In this document: positions 58,157 through 64,000 of the stretch, piece by piece
How positions within the stretch are numbered: the first letter of the stretch is position 1
Layout of the letters: each line of letters opens with the position of its first letter
Assembly: GCA_002256385.1 (NCBI GenBank)
Contig: NKJD01000013.1
Coordinates: 5,021 to 69,020 of the forward strand
Source: Flavobacterium sp. BFFFF2
GTDB taxonomy: Bacteria; Bacteroidota; Bacteroidia; Flavobacteriales; Flavobacteriaceae
Length of the DNA: 64,000 bases
Reading direction: 5' to 3'
Notes under the pieces: model-generated
Seen by the model: only the letters and a program-made list of their open reading frames with translations
The model's database searches: none
What the model was told of the DNA's origin: nothing
Position numbers and translations under genes: made by a program

Positions 58157-58906
58157 CTACTCAATCGCAATTTTCTTCCACGATTTTTCACTGCCGCCCT
58201 GAAGCTCGATCAAATAAACCCCCGTTGACATGTTGGTTAAATCTAATTTTACGCTGTTTGATTCTTCCAAGACATCAACCGTTTTTATAAAGGCGCCGGT
58301 ATGCGAATAAATACTGATTTTATTGAGTGTGCTTTGTGTTTCAATGGTAAAAATACCATGCGAAGGATTCGGGAAAATGGTGGCATTGTTCAAGGAGAAT
58401 GCTTCGTTTCCTAATGCAGTTCTTTGTAAAGTAACTACATCATGCGGATTGGCACCATGGTTACCTAAAGTGGTAGAAGAGCCTTGTGCATATATTATGT
58501 TTATAGGTGAATTGTTATTTAAAAAAGTAAAATCACCAGTAGATACCAAAGCCCTTGTGGCTACAATTGTTCTGGTTGTACCTGTAACAACATCTGTCAC
58601 AATGGTCCAGCTTTGCGCATTGGCAGCATCTGCATTTGGGGTAACTCGGCCACCAGGAGCCATATAATCTCGATTGGCCGAAGCGCTCCAAATAAACATA
58701 TCCGTGGTTTCTGCCATGCTAAATCCGCCAAAACCAATGCCAAGCCACACATTACTCGGGCCTGTTAATGTCATAGTTACCATAGAAGGAGTAGTGTCAA
58801 TTCTGATGGTTCTTGCAGTGGTTAAATTGACAACTCCTGTTGAAAATTGTCCATAAGTGAAAACACTGATGGTTAAAATGAAAAGCGTAAGTAATTTTTT
58901 TTGCAT
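58157..58906 (-). CDS. DOMON-like domain protein with T9SS type-A C-terminal sorting domain
   Basis: Signal peptide (TYG-Q); 'VTMTLTGPSNVWLGIGFGGFSM...DMFI', 'IIYAQG...NHG'; CTD 'IFPNPSHG...ISIYSHTG...DLTNMSTGVYLI...KKIAIE'. Confidence 0.8.
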   Translation of the reverse strand: MQKKLLTLFILTISVFTYGQFSTGVVNLTTARTIRIDTTPSMVTMTLTGPSNVWLGIGFGGFSMAETTDMFIWSASANRDYMAPGGRVTPNADAANAQSWTIVTDVVTGTTRTIVATRALVSTGDFTFLNNNSPINIIYAQGSSTTLGNHGANPHDVVTLQRTALGNEAFSLNNATIFPNPSHGIFTIETQSTLNKISIYSHTGAFIKTVDVLEESNSVKLDLTNMSTGVYLIELQGGSEKSWKKIAIE

Positions 58907-58912
58907 AATGAT

Positions 58913-59422
58913 TTATTTTAAAAGGTTAATTATTTTTTGATCTCCACTAAATGCAGCATATTCAAACGCTGTTTTTCCTTCTTTATCAACTAATGATTTA
59001 GACGCATGCTGCGCCAAAAGCAGTGAAATGATATCTGTGTTTTTAAATTGAACAGCATACATTAAGGCCGTTTTTCCTTGACTATCCGTTTCGTCTAATT
59101 TTGCTTTTTTATCAATGAGCATTTTAACCAATTCAATATTTCCTTTCACCACGGCCGCCATTAAAGCGGTTCCCATTCCTGAATTATAATTGATGTCCTT
59201 TATATGATCCATCAAAAACAACGCTACATCTATGTTCCCGCGGTAGCAAGCCAAAATTAAAGGACTGGACTTCTGTTCGTTGATGTCATTTACTAGTGCA
59301 GGATTGGTTTTGAATATTTCTTGTATTTCTTGCAATGTGCCCGTTCTGGCTATGTCAAAGACACTTTTTGATTGGGCAAAACTACCCAAAAATGAAAATA
59401 AAAAAAGGAGGTGATATTTCAT
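58913..59422 (-). CDS. ankyrin repeat protein, secreted
   Basis: Signal peptide (SFA-Q); ankyrin motifs SPLILACYRGN, TALMAAVVKGN, GKTALMYAVQ, GKTAFEYA. Confidence 0.92.
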   Translation of the reverse strand: MKYHLLFLFSFLGSFAQSKSVFDIARTGTLQEIQEIFKTNPALVNDINEQKSSPLILACYRGNIDVALFLMDHIKDINYNSGMGTALMAAVVKGNIELVKMLIDKKAKLDETDSQGKTALMYAVQFKNTDIISLLLAQHASKSLVDKEGKTAFEYAAFSGDQKIINLLK

Positions 59423-59730
59423 TTTTTGCTATTATAATTTTAGTGATTCAATCCAGATTTGAAAGCATTTTTCCGTGTAAAATATTTCTAATACCTAATT
59501 TGGATTCAAAGTATTCAAAAGTAGTAAAATATATGTGAAGATGCTGAAAAGCTGAAAAGGTTGTAAGGAATTTTAAATGATTTAGTCCAATTGGGATTTC
59601 CGTTTATTGCATTCGACAGTTTCGCTATACTCATTTTGAATATTAAAATTTTATTTTGCAGCAGAAAGTGGAATTGTGCTGGCCGCAATCAGTTATTCAT
59701 TAGCTGGAGTTTTCAAGTTACAAAATGCAT

Positions 59731-59763
59731 AAAAAAAGACTGCTTACCTCGGTAAGCAGTCTT
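59731..59763 (-). terminator. intrinsic terminator of thrS-infC-rpmI-rplT
   Basis: 12-bp stem AAGACTGCTTAC / GTAAGCAGTCTT with a T run on the minus strand. Confidence 0.9.
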
Positions 59764-59793
59764 CATACGTTAACAATCTGATTTTACAAACGT

Positions 59794-60138
59794 TTATTTC
59801 ACTTTATTCACAATCGCTTTAAAAGCTTCAGGGTGATTCATCGCCAAATCGGCTAAAACCTTGCGGTTTAATTCAATGCCATGGGCTTTTACTTTACCTA
59901 TAAATTGAGAATACGACATTCCTTCCAAACGAACACCTGCGTTAATACGCTGAATCCATAATGCGCGGAAGTTTCTTTTGTTTTGTTTGCGATCGCGGTA
60001 GGCATAAAGCATGGCTTTTTCAACCGCGTTTTTCGCTACTGTCCAAACGTTTTTACGACGACCAAAGAAACCTTTGGCCTGTTTCATCATTTTTTTTCTT
60101 CGTGCTCTTTTAGCAACTGAGTTTACTGATCTTGGCAT
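59794..60138 (-). CDS. rplT: 50S ribosomal protein L20
   Basis: [16 protein letters not shown]...[11 protein letters not shown]...[11 protein letters not shown]. Confidence 0.98.
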   Translation of the reverse strand: MPRSVNSVAKRARRKKMMKQAKGFFGRRKNVWTVAKNAVEKAMLYAYRDRKQNKRNFRALWIQRINAGVRLEGMSYSQFIGKVKAHGIELNRKVLADLAMNHPEAFKAIVNKVK

Positions 60139-60154
60139 AATTTTTAAGTTTTTT

Positions 60155-60200
60155 GTAGTGGGCGTTCAGCTCGCTGAAACTTGGTGGCCACACTCCAGGG
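60155..60200 (-). promoter_or_regulatory. candidate structured RNA between rpmI and rplT (possible L20 autoregulatory site)
   Basis: Outer helix AGUGUGGC/GCCCACU (one bulge) enclosing a UUCAG-CGAG-CUGAA hairpin, 16 nt before the rplT start. Confidence 0.4.
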
Positions 60201-60233
60201 TTATAAATGGTTAACCGGCATTTGCCTGTATTA

Positions 60234-60431
60234 TTAGATAATACGCAATTGCTCTTTTACGCTTTTCATGTCTGATGGGGCTACCAAAGCAGCATGAGTA
60301 AGCTTTAATTTACGCTTTTTCGATTTTTTGGTCAAAATGTGACTTTTGAAAGCGTGTTTTCTTTTGATTTTACCAGAGCCGGTTACGTGGAAACGCTTTT
60401 TGGCGCTGGATTTGGTTTTCATTTTAGGCAT
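60234..60431 (-). CDS. rpmI: 50S ribosomal protein L35
   Basis: [14 protein letters not shown]...[14 protein letters not shown]. Confidence 0.98.
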   Translation of the reverse strand: MPKMKTKSSAKKRFHVTGSGKIKRKHAFKSHILTKKSKKRKLKLTHAALVAPSDMKSVKEQLRII

Positions 60432-60482
60432 GGTTACCAGAATTAGTGATTGTTAACGTATGTCTTTTTGGAGTATCTCCAA

Positions 60483-61040
60483 TTATTTTTTCTTTTTAGG
60501 GGCAATGTACATAATCATACGTTTCCCTTCGAGCACTGGCATAGACTCCACTTTGCCAAGTTCTTCTAAATCTTGCGCCAATCGAAGCAACAAAATTTGT
60601 CCTTGTTCTTTGTAAATGATGGAACGGCCTTTAAAGAATACAAAAGCTTTTAATTTTGAACCTTCTTTAAGGAACTTTTCTGCATTCTTCTTCTTGAAAT
60701 CATAATCGTGCTCATCAGTTTGAGGGCCAAAACGAATTTCTTTCACCGTAATTTGAGCCGATTTAGCCTTCAGCATTTTTTCACGTTTCTTTTGTTCATA
60801 AAGAAACTTGCCGTAGTCCATAATCTTACAAACCGGAGGTGAAGCATTGGGAGAAATTTCAACCAAGTCCAATTCTTGTTGTTCGGCCATTTGCATGGCT
60901 AAGCCTGTCTTATAAACGCCAGGTTCAATATTTTCACCAACCAAACGTACCTCTGGAACGCGAATATTCGCATTGATGCGGTGTGCATCTTTTTTTTCCT
61001 CACGGGGCCTTTGTGGCCCTCTGTTGTTTCTAAGTGCTAT
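60483..61040 (-). CDS. infC: translation initiation factor IF-3 (non-AUG start)
   Basis: '[16 protein letters not shown]', '[11 protein letters not shown]', 'KEIRFGP', 'FFKGR'. The frame extends 32 codons upstream of the track's start to ATA (61040) or ATT (61043) with no ATG; an in-frame stop lies at 61053-61055. Confidence 0.93.
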   Translation of the reverse strand: MALRNNRGPQRPREEKKDAHRINANIRVPEVRLVGENIEPGVYKTGLAMQMAEQQELDLVEISPNASPPVCKIMDYGKFLYEQKKREKMLKAKSAQITVKEIRFGPQTDEHDYDFKKKNAEKFLKEGSKLKAFVFFKGRSIIYKEQGQILLLRLAQDLEELGKVESMPVLEGKRMIMYIAPKKKK

Positions 61041-61056
61041 AATTTTAAAATTTTAG

Positions 61057-63003
61057 TTAAACGTCAAACGGTTTAAGCGATTTGTTTATTTCTTCTTGTA
61101 CCATAGCTGCAAATTCAGCGATGCTAACAGTAATATTGCCTTTGCCTTCTTGGCCGTGGCGGCGAACTGAAACGGTATTGTTTCGTTCTTCTTCTTCGCC
61201 TACAATGAGCATAAATGGCAATTTATTGACTTCTGCTTCTCGGATTTTTTTGCCGATGGTTTCGTTGCGGTTGTCAATTAGGGCGCGAATTTCGTGATTT
61301 TCCAACAAAGTCAAAACTTTTTTGGCATAATTTTCGTATTTCTCACTCAAAGACAAGATGATAGCTTGTTCTGGCATCAGCCAAAGTGGGAAGTTGCCAG
61401 CCGTATGTTCTAATAAGATGGCAATAAACCGTTCCATAGAGCCAAAAGGCGCACGGTGTATCATTACTGGTCGGTGTAATTTATCGTCAGATCCTTTATA
61501 AGTCAGTTCAAAACGCTCTGGCAAATTGTAATCGACTTGGATGGTACCTAATTGCCAGCTTCGTCCCAAAGCATCTTTTACCATAAAATCGAGTTTAGGG
61601 CCGTAAAAAGCAGCCTCGCCACTTTCAATTACGAAATTTAAACCTTTGTCTTTCGCCGCGCTGATAATGGCATTCTCCGCTTTTTCCCAATTTTCAACAC
61701 TGCCAATATACTTTTCTGGTTTGTCTAAATCGCGAACTGATACTTGTGCGGTGAAATTTTCAAATCCTAAAGATCCAAATACATACAACACCAAATCGAT
61801 CACTTTTTTAAACTCATTATCTAATTGGTCGGGAGTACAAAAAATATGTGCATCATCTTGGGTAAAACCTCGTACGCGGGTTAAGCCGTGCAATTCGCCG
61901 CTTTGTTCGTATCGGTACACGGTTCCAAATTCAGCGTATCTTTTCGGTAAATCTTTATACGACCAAGGCTTGGTGTTGTAAATTTCGCAGTGATGCGGGC
62001 AATTCATTGGTTTCAACAAAAACTCTTCACCTTCTGCCGGGGTATGTATCGGCTGAAAACTATCAGCGCCATATTTGGCATAATGACCCGAAGTGACGTA
62101 CAGTTCTTTTTGACCAATGTGCGGCGTAACCACTTGTTCGTAACCCGCCTTCTTTTGTGCTTTCTTTAAAAATTGTTCCAAACGGTCACGCAGTGCAGCG
62201 CCTTTAGGTAACCACAATGGCAAACCTTGCCCAACTTTTTGTGAAAAGGCAAACAACTCAAGCTCTTTACCCAATTTTCGGTGGTCACGACGTTTTGCTT
62301 CTTCCAGTAATTCAAGATAATCGGTAAGGTCTTTTTGTTTTGGAAATGAAATGCCATACACCCTTGTCAGCTGTTTGTTTTTTTCATCACCGCGCCAATA
62401 AGCCCCAGCCACACTCATTATTTTGATGGCTTTGATAAGCCCCGTGTTCGGAATGTGTCCGCCGCGGCACAAATCGGTAAAAGTGGCATGGTCACAAAAA
62501 GTGATCGTGCCATCTTGGAGGTTTTCAATCAGCTCCGTTTTGTATTCGTTGTCCTTATAAAAAGCCAATGCCTCTGCTTTGGAAGCCGAACGCATGGTAA
62601 AAACATGTTTTTCTCTGGAGATTTCTAATATACGGTCTTCAATTTTTTTGAAGTCGGCATCTGTCACTTTGTGTGAGCCAAAATCAACATCGTAATAAAA
62701 ACCGTTGTCGATGGCGGGTCCAATGGTTAGTTTGATACCCTCATACATTTCTTGTAATACTTGGGCCATGACGTGCGAGGTGGAGTGCCAAAAGGCTTTT
62801 TTGCCTTCTACATCATTCCAGGTATGTAAAACCAACGACCCGTCTGTGTGCATCGGGGTGGTAGTTTCCACTTTTTCTTGGTTAAATGAGGCCGAAATCA
62901 CATTGCGTGCAAGACCTTCACTTATACTTAAAGCAACATCTAAAGGGGTGGTTCCTGCGGCATAGTCGCGCTTTGAACCATCTGGTAGCGTAATTGTAAT
63001 CAT
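61057..63003 (-). CDS. thrS: threonine--tRNA ligase
   Basis: TGS domain 'ITLPDGS', 'FWHSTSH', 'DLCRGGH', 'RDHRKLG', 'KPMNCPHH', 'FTQDDAHIF', 'FYGPK'. Start ATG 63003 with TATATTTG at 63023-63030 (minus strand). Confidence 0.98.
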   Translation of the reverse strand: MITITLPDGSKRDYAAGTTPLDVALSISEGLARNVISASFNQEKVETTTPMHTDGSLVLHTWNDVEGKKAFWHSTSHVMAQVLQEMYEGIKLTIGPAIDNGFYYDVDFGSHKVTDADFKKIEDRILEISREKHVFTMRSASKAEALAFYKDNEYKTELIENLQDGTITFCDHATFTDLCRGGHIPNTGLIKAIKIMSVAGAYWRGDEKNKQLTRVYGISFPKQKDLTDYLELLEEAKRRDHRKLGKELELFAFSQKVGQGLPLWLPKGAALRDRLEQFLKKAQKKAGYEQVVTPHIGQKELYVTSGHYAKYGADSFQPIHTPAEGEEFLLKPMNCPHHCEIYNTKPWSYKDLPKRYAEFGTVYRYEQSGELHGLTRVRGFTQDDAHIFCTPDQLDNEFKKVIDLVLYVFGSLGFENFTAQVSVRDLDKPEKYIGSVENWEKAENAIISAAKDKGLNFVIESGEAAFYGPKLDFMVKDALGRSWQLGTIQVDYNLPERFELTYKGSDDKLHRPVMIHRAPFGSMERFIAILLEHTAGNFPLWLMPEQAIILSLSEKYENYAKKVLTLLENHEIRALIDNRNETIGKKIREAEVNKLPFMLIVGEEEERNNTVSVRRHGQEGKGNITVSIAEFAAMVQEEINKSLKPFDV

Positions 63004-63134
63004 ATCCTTTTTCAATGGATTGCAAATATAGCGTTACCATGTTAATTGCGAAACAAAATCAAGGGAAACTAATATACTTTTTGTTATAAAATGCAGGGGG
63101 TTTAAAAGTCCGCCAAAAACAGGTAATATTTTAA

Positions 63135-64000
63135 TCAATCAAGCCCTTGAATACTCACTTTAACCAAGCCTTTGGCCGTGATAAATGCCACCATAGCGGT
63201 TGGTGTCATCTGAACCGAATCAAAATCAAGCTGTTCTAACGTACCATTTAATGTAATTCCTTTTTGAGGCGAATAGTTTTTTAAATAGGGTTGCATGCTC
63301 TGACGGGCTGTTTCTAAATTGTTTTTAATGGAAAAACGACAGCTTTCTTGCATTTTTTTCAAAATTACCCCTTGCAACAACCAATTGGCGGTTCGGGACA
63401 ACACCCCTTTTGTGTCAAGCACATAGTCCATGTTGTCCATGAATATTTCTTGCGTTACCGCATTATAATTTGGAATTCCCGTCAAATAAAGCGTCCCATT
63501 GACGCTACCGGATAAGGTGAGGGCAATCACTATCTTGTTGTTTTTAGGCCACAAAGCCACCTGATCAACAGTTACTTTGCGTTTATCTCCAAACGATTTA
63601 CCCTGAAAATTTTGCGCCATTAATTTTCCGGCTTGTTCATAAGTGGAAACGGCTGCAATGCTTAATTTGAGCTCATTAGGAATTTCTTTTACCGATTTTA
63701 ATTGGATTTTCGACGGATCAAATACAAAGGTGGGTTTATCACCGATGCGGGTGTGCATGTTACAAAGCATGCCCAATTGCAAAGTGATTTGCTTGTTTGA
63801 TAACACGGCATCAGACACTTGAAGCTCTTTTGGTACCAGCTGAAACCAAGCCTGATAAGTTGGGCTGGTCAAAATGGGTTGACTCAATTTTCCCAACGCT
63901 TGTAAAACAACGGGTTTAAAATCGCAGGTTTTGCCGATGTTCTCATCGATCATGCGGGCAATGCGCTTTTTAAACAAACTCAGGGCTGGATTCACCAAAT
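63135..64000 (-). CDS. DUF4403 family protein (5'-truncated by window edge)
   Basis: 'IVIALTLSGSVNGTLYLTGIPNYN...MDYVLDTK..L..TANWLL' is typical of DUF4403. The ORF runs off the window end. Confidence 0.75.
   Translation of the reverse strand, partial: LVNPALSLFKKRIARMIDENIGKTCDFKPVVLQALGKLSQPILTSPTYQAWFQLVPKELQVSDAVLSNKQITLQLGMLCNMHTRIGDKPTFVFDPSKIQLKSVKEIPNELKLSIAAVSTYEQAGKLMAQNFQGKSFGDKRKVTVDQVALWPKNNKIVIALTLSGSVNGTLYLTGIPNYNAVTQEIFMDNMDYVLDTKGVLSRTANWLLQGVILKKMQESCRFSIKNNLETARQSMQPYLKNYSPQKGITLNGTLEQLDFDSVQMTPTAMVAFITAKGLVKVSIQGLD

Noticed and set aside
261-62965. Numerous 60-150 aa nested or antisense ORFs in the track (e.g. 7084-7467, 35306-35638, 44392-44847, 55513-55899, 61646-61981)
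   Set aside because: They lie inside well-supported genes on another frame or strand and show no family motifs.
63004-63060. T-box or long regulatory leader for thrS
   Set aside because: The -7 box lies about 20 nt from the ATG, leaving no room for a leader.

Overview
A 64-kb chromosomal segment of a Flavobacteriaceae (Flavobacterium-like, Bacteroidota) bacterium. The assignment rests on TAnnTTTG -7 promoter boxes, A-rich initiation regions without Shine-Dalgarno motifs, T9SS cargo and SprF, TamB and Flavobacterium-type housekeeping genes. It carries about 53 CDSs, mostly housekeeping (nadK, pdxJ, DEAD helicase, rsmE, tsaD, tamB, lpxK, PNP, ctlX, obgE, mgsA, fur, gltA, amt, thrS-infC-rpmI-rplT), and the SRP RNA gene. 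Accessory material: a 2414-aa type-B-CTD adhesin with a SprF-like partner, a TonB-dependent receptor, two DUF4139 paralogues, a RelE-type toxin-antitoxin pair inside a repeat-bounded insertion, an AT-rich DUF3828 gene and a DOMON-T9SS/ankyrin pair. I found no tRNA, rRNA, CRISPR array, integrase or transposase. The best unexplained signals are non-coding: (i) a three-way-junction 5' leader in front of purine-nucleoside phosphorylase, (ii) paired CCCCT-N-AGGGGT palindromes at the ammonium-transporter promoter, and (iii) a family of composite repeats (REP-like core plus 7/8-mer tandem tracts) in intergenic regions, including leaders, and around the toxin-antitoxin insertion. Family names come from recognising the sequences by eye; no database search was run.
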